From: Candidatus Gottesmanbacteria bacterium
Lineage (GTDB): Bacteria; Patescibacteriota; Microgenomatia; UBA10105; UBA927
Assembly (NCBI GenBank): GCA_030679255.1
Contig: JAUXTO010000017.1
Span: 1,925 to 65,924 of the forward strand
DNA: 64,000 nucleotides
Direction: 5' to 3'
The notes under the pieces were generated by a model. That model ran no database searches. It had not been told where the DNA came from and saw nothing but the letters and a program-made list of their open reading frames with translations. The position numbers were made by a program, and so were the translations under genes. Below, one piece after another: positions 39,228 through 48,259 of this stretch; positions within the stretch are counted from its first letter, which is position 1; each line of letters opens with the position of its first letter.

Positions 39228-39848
39228 TCAGGATTGTACTGCTTCTTTATAGCGCCTTTCAACTTCTGCCCAATGAACGACATTCCACCACGCTTTCACA
39301 TAATCAGCACGGACATTTTGGTACTTGAGATAATACGCATGTTCCCACACGTCTAACCCTAAAATAGGGGTCTTTACTGCCATCAATGGGTTATCCTGGT
39401 TAGGCGTATCCATGATGACGAGTTTCCTCGCGTCCACCACAAGCCATACCCAACCGCTACCAAACCGCGCCATGGCAGCCGCACTAAATTGCTCTTGAAA
39501 TTTTTCCAGACTTCCAAACGCGGCGTCCATAACGGTGGCAAACCGTTCGCTCGGCACCCTGAGTTCTCCGCTGATGTTGGGAGCCATCACGGTCCAAAAA
39601 AGGGTGTGGTTGTAGTGTCCTCCCCCATTATTTCTCACTTTCATCCGCACATCTTCCGGCACTTGAGCTAGTTGGGTCATCAATTGTTGTATTGTGGTAT
39701 TGTTAAATTGTGACAAGCTCGCAAGTGCGTCATTCACGTTTTTCACGTATGCCGCGTGGTGTTTGTCATGATGAATCTGCATCGTCGCCGCATCAATATA
39801 CGGCTCCAGTGCATTATAGGCGTAGGGTAGTTCGGGAAGTGTATACAT
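39228..39848 (-). CDS. sodA: Mn/Fe superoxide dismutase
   Basis: [32 protein letters not shown]; GG and Q signatures favour Mn. Confidence 0.93.
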   Translation of the reverse strand: MYTLPELPYAYNALEPYIDAATMQIHHDKHHAAYVKNVNDALASLSQFNNTTIQQLMTQLAQVPEDVRMKVRNNGGGHYNHTLFWTVMAPNISGELRVPSERFATVMDAAFGSLEKFQEQFSAAAMARFGSGWVWLVVDARKLVIMDTPNQDNPLMAVKTPILGLDVWEHAYYLKYQNVRADYVKAWWNVVHWAEVERRYKEAVQS

Positions 39849-39971
39849 AATTATTTATCGCCTTCTGTTTGTAGTTTAACATACATTAGATAATTCTGCA
39901 GTTACTTTTTTTAAACTCTCGAGTGACGACACACAACGGGTATTTATCTGTTTCGTTATATAATAGGAAGC

Positions 39972-42179
39972 ATGAAACCCACACAAACAAATTCCAAGCT
40001 TCTTACGCCCAAAAAAAAACTGCCCCGGTGGACGAAATATTTTTTTTGGCTTTTGCCCATTGGACTTGTCCTTGTCTCGTACCTCCTTATCCTCAAAGAC
40101 CTCCCTTCTCCCACCAAGCTTGGGAATTATGACGTCCCGGTCGCAACAAAAGTTTATGACCGCAACGGACATTTGCTCTACGACATCTTCGCCGACCAAA
40201 ACAGATCTCCGATACCACTCGCCCACATCCCTAAATATCTCCAACAGGCAACCATTGCCATCGAAGATAAAGATTTTTACCGGCACGGAGGGATCAGTCC
40301 GGTGGGCGGCATGATCCGAGCAATAGTCGCCTCCGTCACGCGAAACAAACTCCAGGGCGGTTCAACGATCACCCAACAGCTTGTTAAATCAGCACTCTTA
40401 ACTTCTGAGCGCACCGTCACGCGTAAAATTAAAGAAATCATCCTCGCCTTTTGGGTCGAAATCCTCTACCCCAAAGATAAAATCCTTGAGATGTATCTCA
40501 ACCAAGTCCCCTATGGGGGTACGGCATGGGGCATAGAAACCGCATCAGAAAAATATTTCGGAAAATCCGCAAGTGAATTGACGCTTGCCGAAGCCTCACT
40601 TCTTGCCGGTCTTCCCCAGGCACCAACGCTCTATTCGCCCTACGGTGCCCATCCGGAATATGCCAAGACCCGCCAAAAAGAAGTGCTCCGCAGAATGGTC
40701 GAAGACCGCTATATCACGCAAGAAGAGTCCGACGCTGTCGACGCACAAACGCTCATCTATAAAAACGCACCGAACATCAAAGCTCCCCACTTTGTCATGT
40801 ATGTCAAACAAGAACTTGTTGACCGATTCGGAGAAGCACTCGTGGAACGCGGGGGGCTCAAAGTCACAACGACCTTAGATCTCCCGCTCCAGGAATATGC
40901 CCAGGCGACCGTAGCCGGAGAGGTCAAAGACTTAGCGAGGCTTGCGGTGACCAACGGCGCCGCTCTCGTCACGAAGCCCGCCACCGGCGAAATTCTTGCC
41001 ATGGTGGGGTCTACGGATTATTTTGCCTCCCCTTCCGGAACGTTTAATGTGACGACCGCCCTCCGGCAACCCGGATCTTCCATCAAACCCATTAATTATG
41101 CCATCGGCCTGGAAAAACGCATCGTCACCCCGGCGACGATGTTTTTGGATATTCCGACGTGTTTTAAAAACTTTGACCAGCCCAATTACTGCCCCAAAAA
41201 TTATGACGGGAAATTCCGCGGTCCTGTTCAGCTCCGGCTGGCGCTCGGAAACTCTTACAATATCCCGTCCGTCAAAATGCTGTACCTCAACTCAGTCCGC
41301 GATATGGTGGCTTCGGCGAGCGCCTTCGGCTTGGATACCCTCACTGATGCTGACCGCTATGGACTCTCATTGGCCCTTGGCGGTGGCGAGGTTCGCATGA
41401 CGGATATGGCCGAAGCATTTGGAGTGTTTGCAAATGGCGGAATACGCAAAAATTTAGTATCAATCCTGAAGGTCGTAGATAAACAAGGCTCCGTGCTCTT
41501 TGAATATAAAGATCCAAATCTCCAAAAAGAAATCCCTTCCCAACTCTTGCTCCAGGGACCACGGGCGGTAAGCGCGGAAACCGCATTTCTCATCTCGCAC
41601 ATACTTCTCGACAACAATGCGCGCCAGGATTCATTCGGTCCCCGTTCTAATCTCTATATTCCCAATCATGCCGTATCCGTCAAAACCGGCACCACGGATG
41701 ACCTCCGGGATAACTGGACCATCGGATTTACCCCTCAGGTGTTGGTAGCGGCTTGGGTCGGCAACAACGATAATTCAAAAATGAATCAAGCGCTTGTCTC
41801 CGGCGTGACCGGAGCCGCTCCCATCTGGAACAAGATTATGACACAAACACTAAACGGAAAGCCCGATGTGTGGCCCAAGCAGCCCGACGGCATCGTCGGA
41901 TCCCAAATCTGTGCGGTTTCCGGACTTCAGGCGCCCAACCCTGATGGCGAGGACAAAGGATGTCCAATGCGATTTGAATATTTTATCAATGGAACCGTAC
42001 CCAAGGAACGTGAAAATCTGAAGCGTTCGGTACTCATAGATAAAGAAACCGGCGATCTAGCACCCGCCGGTAAAACAGACAATGTGGAAATGCAGGAACA
42101 CACCGTGCTCTCCGATGGTATATCCACCTATTGCTTGGACTGCCCGCACGCGGAGGGCAGGGCTATATTAATCAAATGA
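39972..42179 (+). CDS. Class A penicillin-binding protein (PBP1A-like), paralog 1
   Basis: EDKDFY.H.G, QGGSTITQQ, RKIKE, RQPGSSIKP, S.N, KTGTT. Confidence 0.95.
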   Translation: MKPTQTNSKLLTPKKKLPRWTKYFFWLLPIGLVLVSYLLILKDLPSPTKLGNYDVPVATKVYDRNGHLLYDIFADQNRSPIPLAHIPKYLQQATIAIEDKDFYRHGGISPVGGMIRAIVASVTRNKLQGGSTITQQLVKSALLTSERTVTRKIKEIILAFWVEILYPKDKILEMYLNQVPYGGTAWGIETASEKYFGKSASELTLAEASLLAGLPQAPTLYSPYGAHPEYAKTRQKEVLRRMVEDRYITQEESDAVDAQTLIYKNAPNIKAPHFVMYVKQELVDRFGEALVERGGLKVTTTLDLPLQEYAQATVAGEVKDLARLAVTNGAALVTKPATGEILAMVGSTDYFASPSGTFNVTTALRQPGSSIKPINYAIGLEKRIVTPATMFLDIPTCFKNFDQPNYCPKNYDGKFRGPVQLRLALGNSYNIPSVKMLYLNSVRDMVASASAFGLDTLTDADRYGLSLALGGGEVRMTDMAEAFGVFANGGIRKNLVSILKVVDKQGSVLFEYKDPNLQKEIPSQLLLQGPRAVSAETAFLISHILLDNNARQDSFGPRSNLYIPNHAVSVKTGTTDDLRDNWTIGFTPQVLVAAWVGNNDNSKMNQALVSGVTGAAPIWNKIMTQTLNGKPDVWPKQPDGIVGSQICAVSGLQAPNPDGEDKGCPMRFEYFINGTVPKERENLKRSVLIDKETGDLAPAGKTDNVEMQEHTVLSDGISTYCLDCPHAEGRAILIK

Positions 42180-42182
42180 ATT

Positions 42183-42292
42183 AATCCGACCAATTTACCA
42201 ATCCGACAAATGAATAATCCAATGACGTAATGATTCAATCATTTTTCCTCATCGTTCCAATAATTGGGTTATTGGTCTGGATTGGTCGGATT
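42183..42292. repeat. Intergenic element with 12-bp terminal inverted repeats and internal degenerate units
   Basis: AATCCGACCAAT (42183-42194) and ATTGGTCGGATT (42281-42292). Confidence 0.75.
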
Positions 42293-42347
42293 CCAACTAT
42301 TTTTCTGCTTGTATCCGACCCATAGTCTGTGGTATAACGCGTCCATC

Positions 42348-44678
42348 ATGCTTCCTAAACCAAAAAACATAAAAAGGACTACATCTGCACCGTCCCGACC
42401 GGTCGTTTTTTTTCTTGCGCTTGCCTATATTCTTATGGCTCTCGGAGATGGAGTACGGATGGGTTTTTGGTGGGTCATACGATTGATAATCGTATCCTAT
42501 AAAAAAATTTCCTTACAATCCCGTCCGGTCAAAATATTGGTAACAACGATACGGATGCGTATGCGCGTGGCAATAAGCGTCCGGAAGTTATTCCTCCGTC
42601 AATGGATACAACGGGTAATACCATCAACCAAACCGAAGAAATACGCACGCAAGAACAGACGATGGAACGACATACTTCCCAAATTTTCCCTACCGCAATT
42701 TATTGGGCTCCATCCACTCATGGTTTTCATCTTAGGATCTCTCTCAACGATATTTTTTATCGCGATTCCGCTCATTGCCTATCTCTGGCTCCGCTCTCTC
42801 CCGAACCCTACTCTCCTTACAGTCCGCGATCTTGATGTGACGACAAAGGTCTTTGACCGAAATGGGGCGCTCTTGTATGAAATTTACGCCGATCAAAACC
42901 GCACGCCACTTGCTTTGAGCGACATTCCAAAATACGTCATCCAGGCAACGATAGCCATTGAAGATAAAAATTTTTATTCCCACCAGGGATTTTCCCTCTC
43001 CGGCATGGCCCGCGCCGCACGGGAAACCATGCTCAAGGGCCGCGTTCAAGGAGGATCGACTATTACACAACAGCTCATAAAGTCAGCGCTCCTCACCCCG
43101 GAAATAAACGTTTCCAGAAAGATTAAAGAGATCATTCTCGCTTTTTGGGCAGAACGTCTGTACACAAAAAATCAATTATTAGAAATGTACCTCAATCAAG
43201 TGCCGTATGGGGGCACTGCGTGGGGTATAGAATCCGCGGCACAAACGTATTTTAGTAAATCGGCAAAAAACCTAACCCTCGCTGAAGCTTCACTTTTAGC
43301 AGGACTTCCTGCTGCTCCGAGCGAATATTCACCATTTGGCACGCATGTCGACCGGGCGTTTTCCCGCCAGGGAGAAGTGCTCCGGAGAATGGTCGAAGAC
43401 CGGTATATTACTGAATCTCAAGCCCGGGAAGCCCTCGCGCAGGAAATCCGCTTTGCAAAACCCCGGATCGGTATCCGCGCTCCGCACTTTGTCATGTATA
43501 TTAAAGAAATTCTTGAACGCCGCTACGGCCCGAGGCTCGTCGAACGCGGGGGCCTGCGAATAAAAACGTCGCTTGATCTGGGCCTCCAGGAACGTGTCGA
43601 AGAAATAGTCAATACCAATATTACAAAGCTTGCCTCCCTTCGCGTCGGCAACGGAGCGGCGATCGTCACGAATCCAAAAACCGGAGAAATACTTGCGATG
43701 GTCGGAAGCCGGGACTATTTTGATACCACGCGTGAAGGCAACGTCAATGTCACGGTTGCACACCGGCAACCAGGATCATCCATCAAGGTGGTGACCTATG
43801 CCGCCGCTATGGAAAAAGGGTTTACTGCCGGCTCAATTCTTGATGATAGTCCGGTTTCCTATCCGCAAATCGGTGCACCTGCTTATACCCCGGTCAATTA
43901 TGACAGTAAATTCCATGGCTTTGTGCCTCTCCGGTACGCGCTGGGAAATTCTTATAATATCCCGGCAATACGCACGATAGCCGCAATCGGCGTCCCGGCT
44001 GTCATCCAAAAGGGTCGGGCTATGGGCATCACTTCTTGGATCGACGAAAGTAGGTATGGACTCGCGCTTACGTTAGGCGGCGGAGAAGTCACTATGCTTG
44101 ATATGGCTTCAGTCTTTGGTACATTAGCAAATTTGGGAACGAGAGTAGAATTATTACCCATCACAGAGGTGAGCGATTATACGGGCAGAATTCTCGAAAA
44201 AAATAAATCAAACGAACGCCCACAGGCAGTCAAACCGGAAGTTGCCTGGATCATTGGAAATATCTTAAGTGATAATAATGCGCGGACTGCTGCCTTCGGC
44301 CCCAACTCGATGCTCGTCATCCCCGGTAAAACGGTGTCAGTCAAAACCGGCACGACCGATAACCTGCGGGACAACTGGACCATCGGCTACACGCCAAGCG
44401 TTGTTGCTTCCGTCTGGGTGGGAAACAACAACAACAGCCCGATGAATCCCTACCTTGTCTCCGGAGTTACCGGCGCCGCGCCGATCTGGAATGCCATCAT
44501 GACGGATATCCTCAAAGACCGACCTGATGAAACACTCCCGCGTCCTGACGGCGTCATCAGTGTCCCCTGCTACTATGGCCGCCCTGAATATTTTCTCATC
44601 GGTACCCAACCCACGAGCGGCCAGTGCGCTCCACTCCCTACACCACGACCAACCGAAAGTCCTACGCCTACTCCGTAA
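42348..44678 (+). CDS. Class A penicillin-binding protein (PBP1A-like), paralog 2
   Basis: Same transglycosylase and transpeptidase motifs; longer basic N-terminus. Confidence 0.95.
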   Translation: MLPKPKNIKRTTSAPSRPVVFFLALAYILMALGDGVRMGFWWVIRLIIVSYKKISLQSRPVKILVTTIRMRMRVAISVRKLFLRQWIQRVIPSTKPKKYARKNRRWNDILPKFSLPQFIGLHPLMVFILGSLSTIFFIAIPLIAYLWLRSLPNPTLLTVRDLDVTTKVFDRNGALLYEIYADQNRTPLALSDIPKYVIQATIAIEDKNFYSHQGFSLSGMARAARETMLKGRVQGGSTITQQLIKSALLTPEINVSRKIKEIILAFWAERLYTKNQLLEMYLNQVPYGGTAWGIESAAQTYFSKSAKNLTLAEASLLAGLPAAPSEYSPFGTHVDRAFSRQGEVLRRMVEDRYITESQAREALAQEIRFAKPRIGIRAPHFVMYIKEILERRYGPRLVERGGLRIKTSLDLGLQERVEEIVNTNITKLASLRVGNGAAIVTNPKTGEILAMVGSRDYFDTTREGNVNVTVAHRQPGSSIKVVTYAAAMEKGFTAGSILDDSPVSYPQIGAPAYTPVNYDSKFHGFVPLRYALGNSYNIPAIRTIAAIGVPAVIQKGRAMGITSWIDESRYGLALTLGGGEVTMLDMASVFGTLANLGTRVELLPITEVSDYTGRILEKNKSNERPQAVKPEVAWIIGNILSDNNARTAAFGPNSMLVIPGKTVSVKTGTTDNLRDNWTIGYTPSVVASVWVGNNNNSPMNPYLVSGVTGAAPIWNAIMTDILKDRPDETLPRPDGVISVPCYYGRPEYFLIGTQPTSGQCAPLPTPRPTESPTPTP

Positions 44679-45165
44679 CCACGACTGTTCCGAAATCTGA
44701 TGCCAATACGTGATTGTGGTACTTCCATGTACCGACCTTCACAAACGTGTACTCATACGTACCGCCGTTTGTGACGCTTTTCAACTGATCAAAACCAGGA
44801 AGCAATTGATGCGTCGGATGCATGGCGGAGGCAACCCACATACCTTGCGTTCCTTTATTGGCCCATCGCACAGTGCTTCCCACTTTAACGGTGACACTTT
44901 TTGGGGTAAATCCCTGCGCATCATAGGTAACCGTGGCACTTGCTTTTGTCGCTCCACCTTTCTCCATCGCGCCACCAGAGGCTCCCGTCGCTGAATCATC
45001 TGATCCTAACGAAACGGTTGGTTCAACCGCCGGAGTTTCCTTTGTCACGACGCTTGTATCTTTTTTTGTCATGTCCGGATACGTAGAATTCCCTTTCAGG
45101 AAATACCACCCCGCGCCGACCCCGACAAGAAGAACGAGCAATCCTACTACTAATTTATTGTTCAT
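44668..45165 (-). CDS. Membrane-anchored cupredoxin-fold protein
   Basis: GFTPKSVTVKVG.TV.W.N, HPTH, YEYTF...GTWKYHNH. Confidence 0.8.
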   Translation of the reverse strand: MNNKLVVGLLVLLVGVGAGWYFLKGNSTYPDMTKKDTSVVTKETPAVEPTVSLGSDDSATGASGGAMEKGGATKASATVTYDAQGFTPKSVTVKVGSTVRWANKGTQGMWVASAMHPTHQLLPGFDQLKSVTNGGTYEYTFVKVGTWKYHNHVLASDFGTVVVTE

Positions 45166-45232
45166 TATGTATTCACCACCTTTTAGAAACACTTAACGAA
45201 TAAAATGAGTTTAGTGTTTCTTAAACCCGCCG

Positions 45233-45264
45233 CCCCGCTTCGCTATGGCTTCAGCGAGGCGAGT
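45233..45264. repeat. Third copy of the CCCGCTTCGC-N10-GCGAGGCGAG hairpin (intergenic)
   Basis: CCCCGCTTCGCTATGGCTTCAGCGAGGCGAGT. Confidence 0.82.
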
Positions 45265-45414
45265 CACGCGCCCTTTACGACGTGTACGAATAGTACTGAA
45301 AAGTCGTAAAGCAAGCGTAGGCGGGCTATGAAAAATCGTCAACTTTGTATTTTATCTCACCCATCATAGTACATCCAAACAGCAAAAAACAATCACTCAA
45401 AAACATGACAAGTT

Positions 45415-45442
45415 TTGACACTGGGAAAATATATGGTATACT
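45415..45442 (+). promoter_or_regulatory. Sigma70 promoter of the arg operon
   Basis: TTGACA-16 nt-TATACT with extended -10 TG. Confidence 0.8.
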
Positions 45443-45461
45443 ACCCTTTACAATTCAATAT

Positions 45462-45771
45462 GGCGATGAAGGAGAAAGCCCTGAGCTAGTCGAAGGGCCT
45501 CGAGCTCCCGAGCCAGTTTCCGAAAAAATCCGAAAGGAAATTAGGAAACATATAAGGTAATCTTTATCTCTGTCAAGGCAAAGTCCCGAGCGAAGTCGAG
45601 GGGCTGACACAGAGGTTTTTATGTAGCCATTTTGGTCTACTCGGATTACGAAGAAGCGTGGCACCGCGTATATTGCTAAGCTAGTCCGTCTTTGGCGGAC
45701 GAAGCTTTAGCGAAGTCCGCCGCTTCAGGGTTTCACACACGGTTGTGAGATTCTGAACCGGCGGATTTTTT
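45462..45771 (+). ncRNA. T-box riboswitch leader (transcription antitermination), putative Arg specifier
   Basis: Antiterminator GAAGCG-UGGCACC-GCG (45653-45668) pairs with CGC-CGCUUC (45718-45726); overlapping terminator; short Stem I 45462-45514 with a GA/K-turn-like base and CGA at 45501-45503. Confidence 0.8.
45716..45771 (+). terminator. Intrinsic terminator of the T-box leader
   Basis: TCCGCCG-c-TTCAGGGTTTCACA...TGTGAGATTCTGAA-c-CGGCGGA-TTTTTT. Confidence 0.85.
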
Positions 45772-45784
45772 GTTGGAGAAAAAT

Positions 45785-46990
45785 ATGAAAAAAATCGTTT
45801 TAGCATTTTCGGGTGGACTCGATACATCATTTTGCGTGCCATATCTTAAAGAAAAAGGGTACGAGGTTTATGCTGCTACGGTCGATACCGGTGGATTTAC
45901 ACAAAAAGATATTCTAAAAATTAAAGATAGGGCAAAAGAGTTGGATGTCAAAAAACACTACGTTATCGACGGAAAAATATCTCTGTATGACAAGATAGTC
46001 TCCTACGTCATCAAAGGAAATATTCTCAGAGGCGGCGTCTACCCGCTCTGTGCCGGTCCGGAAAGAATTATCCAGGCGATAGAAGTTATAAAAATTGCAA
46101 AAAAAATTGGCGCACAAGCAGTCGCCCACGGGTCAACAGGAGCCGGAAACGATCAGGTGAGATTTGATGTGGCCATCCAAACGCTCGCGCCGGAACTGGA
46201 AATCATTACACCGATCAGAGAGCTGGGAATTACTAGAGGAGGAGAAGTCGCGTTTTTAGAAAAACACGGGATAGCCGTTGAAAAATCCTCGAAAGATTAC
46301 TCAATCAACAAGGGAATGCTTGGTACGACAATCGGCGGCAAGGAGACAAAAAACTCCTGGGAATTACCGCCGGACGAAGTGTACCCGACAGTCGTAAGCA
46401 TTGATACTGCTCCCAAAAACGGTGAGGAAATTATTATTTCTTTTGAAAAAGGATTACCGATGGCTCTAAATGGCAAACCGATGAGTGGAATAGAAATAAT
46501 GAATTATTTAGACAACCTCGGCGCCAAACATGGTGTAGGAAAAGGAATGCATTTGGGAAATACGATTTTAGGAATCAAAGGAAGGGTTGTCTTTGAAGCT
46601 CCAGCAGCCCTGATCCTCATCAAGGCCCATAAGGAACTGGAAAAACTCGTGCTCACAAAGTGGCAGTCATATTGGAAAGATAGTGTATCGGAAGCATACG
46701 GAAATTTTATCCATGAAGGATTGTATTTCGATCCGGTCGTGAATGATATTGAGGCAATGATTGATAGTAGCCAAACGGTAGTCACTGGTGACGTAAAAAT
46801 GAAACTTCATAAAGGAAACATCGTCGTCGTTGGCGTCAAGAGCCCGTATTCGCTTATGGATAAAAGCATCGCGACGTACGGCGAACAAAATCTTCTTTGG
46901 ACCGCGGCTGATGCGGCAGGTTTCAGCAAAATTTATGGGTTGCAAGGAGTTCTGGCGGGAAAGGCAAAAACGTTAGGAGGATCGATATGA
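45785..46990 (+). CDS. argG: Argininosuccinate synthase
   Basis: VLAFSGGLDTS, HGSTGAGNDQVRF, GIKGRVVFEAPA. Confidence 0.95.
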   Translation: MKKIVLAFSGGLDTSFCVPYLKEKGYEVYAATVDTGGFTQKDILKIKDRAKELDVKKHYVIDGKISLYDKIVSYVIKGNILRGGVYPLCAGPERIIQAIEVIKIAKKIGAQAVAHGSTGAGNDQVRFDVAIQTLAPELEIITPIRELGITRGGEVAFLEKHGIAVEKSSKDYSINKGMLGTTIGGKETKNSWELPPDEVYPTVVSIDTAPKNGEEIIISFEKGLPMALNGKPMSGIEIMNYLDNLGAKHGVGKGMHLGNTILGIKGRVVFEAPAALILIKAHKELEKLVLTKWQSYWKDSVSEAYGNFIHEGLYFDPVVNDIEAMIDSSQTVVTGDVKMKLHKGNIVVVGVKSPYSLMDKSIATYGEQNLLWTAADAAGFSKIYGLQGVLAGKAKTLGGSI

Positions 46991-47229
46991 AAGAATTATA
47001 TTTCTTTCTCCAAACAGGAACTATTCTCAAAACTCTATCACCAGCAGGAATGTTTATATCAATCGAAGAAGATGAAGTTGATGCTACGCGTGATTATGAA
47101 GTTGATGGCCTTTGGTGGTATGGAACCAAACAAAATCGTGAACGGACAATTTTATTTAGGCATCAAGTACCATTTGTAACAATCGTTTCAGAAAAAGAAG
47201 CATGGGAAAAAGCATTTAAAGTCGGATAA
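46987..47229 (+). CDS. Small hypothetical protein in the arg operon
   Basis: 80 aa; ATGA overlap with argG; AGGAGG RBS. Confidence 0.65.
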   Translation: MKELYFFLQTGTILKTLSPAGMFISIEEDEVDATRDYEVDGLWWYGTKQNRERTILFRHQVPFVTIVSEKEAWEKAFKVG

Positions 47230-47233
47230 ATAT

Positions 47234-48259
47234 ATGAAACTTAAAAAAATACCATCAATAGTCAAAAATGTTCCGTTGTCCGACGAGGTACAGGTCGGAA
47301 GGTCTATCGTGCCAGAAGAAGGACTCATTATTCTTGTGGAAGCGCTTGACGATGAAGGGAAAAATAATGTGCTGGAATTTACCACTGGCAGATTGGGAAA
47401 ACTGATAAAGGGCGACGTGGTGCCGGCCGTACTCGGAAAAAGAAGGGCCCTCAAAGAATTTGCCGGTGACATACCGCAGGCACTCAAGCCCGGCGATGAG
47501 TTGTATTGGCTTTGTGAAAGCGGACTCGTGGGAGAAATAGTCGGCGTCAACGAGCGCTGGGGAACGCCCATGAAAGTAAAAGTATTGGGAGCCTTGCTTC
47601 ATCACGGAAAAACGCTCAATATTAAACATTCCGCTATTCCCTGGCAAAATGATGTTGTCAAAAGCGCTCCGATTGTGGCGGTTCTCGCCACCTGTATGGA
47701 TTCGGGCAAGACGACGCTCGTTTGTAAACTGGCAGAACACTTTAGAAATAATGGGTTAACCGTTATGGGTGCCAAGCTCACGGGAGTCGCGTTTATGCAG
47801 GATCCTTTTAAGATGAAAGATAACGGACTGGATACCGTTATGGATTTCGTCGATGCCGGGCTGCCTTCGACTTGCGGGAATGCTGAGGATGCGATCAAGG
47901 CCGCCTGTGGAATCATCACGGAATTGAACAACGGAGAGCCCGACCTCATCCTTGCAGAATTTGGAGACGGCATCATCGGAGAATATAACGTGGCGTCAAT
48001 TATCACCCATCCCTCTATCAAAAAACATGTTGTGATGACCGTGGTCGCCGCCAATGATTTGATGGCCGCCTGGGGAGCAAAAAAGAAAATGACGGAATTA
48101 GGATTCACGATCGACATGCTTACCGGACCGGTCGCCAACAGTCACGTCGGCGTTGAGTATATCGAACATAATTTCGGGATACCGGCCGAAAGCAATCAAC
48201 ACGCCATCCCCAAAACAATCGCCATTTTGGAAAAGAAAATGAAGGAGGCAAGTGTATGA
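47234..48259 (+). CDS. DUF1611-like P-loop protein
   Basis: LG.RRAL..FAG, TCMDSGKTT (Walker A-like), GAKLTG, DFVDAGLPST, EFGDG. Confidence 0.72.
   Translation: MKLKKIPSIVKNVPLSDEVQVGRSIVPEEGLIILVEALDDEGKNNVLEFTTGRLGKLIKGDVVPAVLGKRRALKEFAGDIPQALKPGDELYWLCESGLVGEIVGVNERWGTPMKVKVLGALLHHGKTLNIKHSAIPWQNDVVKSAPIVAVLATCMDSGKTTLVCKLAEHFRNNGLTVMGAKLTGVAFMQDPFKMKDNGLDTVMDFVDAGLPSTCGNAEDAIKAACGIITELNNGEPDLILAEFGDGIIGEYNVASIITHPSIKKHVVMTVVAANDLMAAWGAKKKMTELGFTIDMLTGPVANSHVGVEYIEHNFGIPAESNQHAIPKTIAILEKKMKEASV

Noticed and set aside
39972-44678. Similarity between the two PBP genes as a recent repeat
   Set aside because: They are ordinary diverged tandem paralogues.
45568-45615. GGCAAA...TGAC resembling a c-di-GMP or SAM riboswitch
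   Set aside because: The remaining conserved elements are absent and the T-box interpretation explains the leader better.
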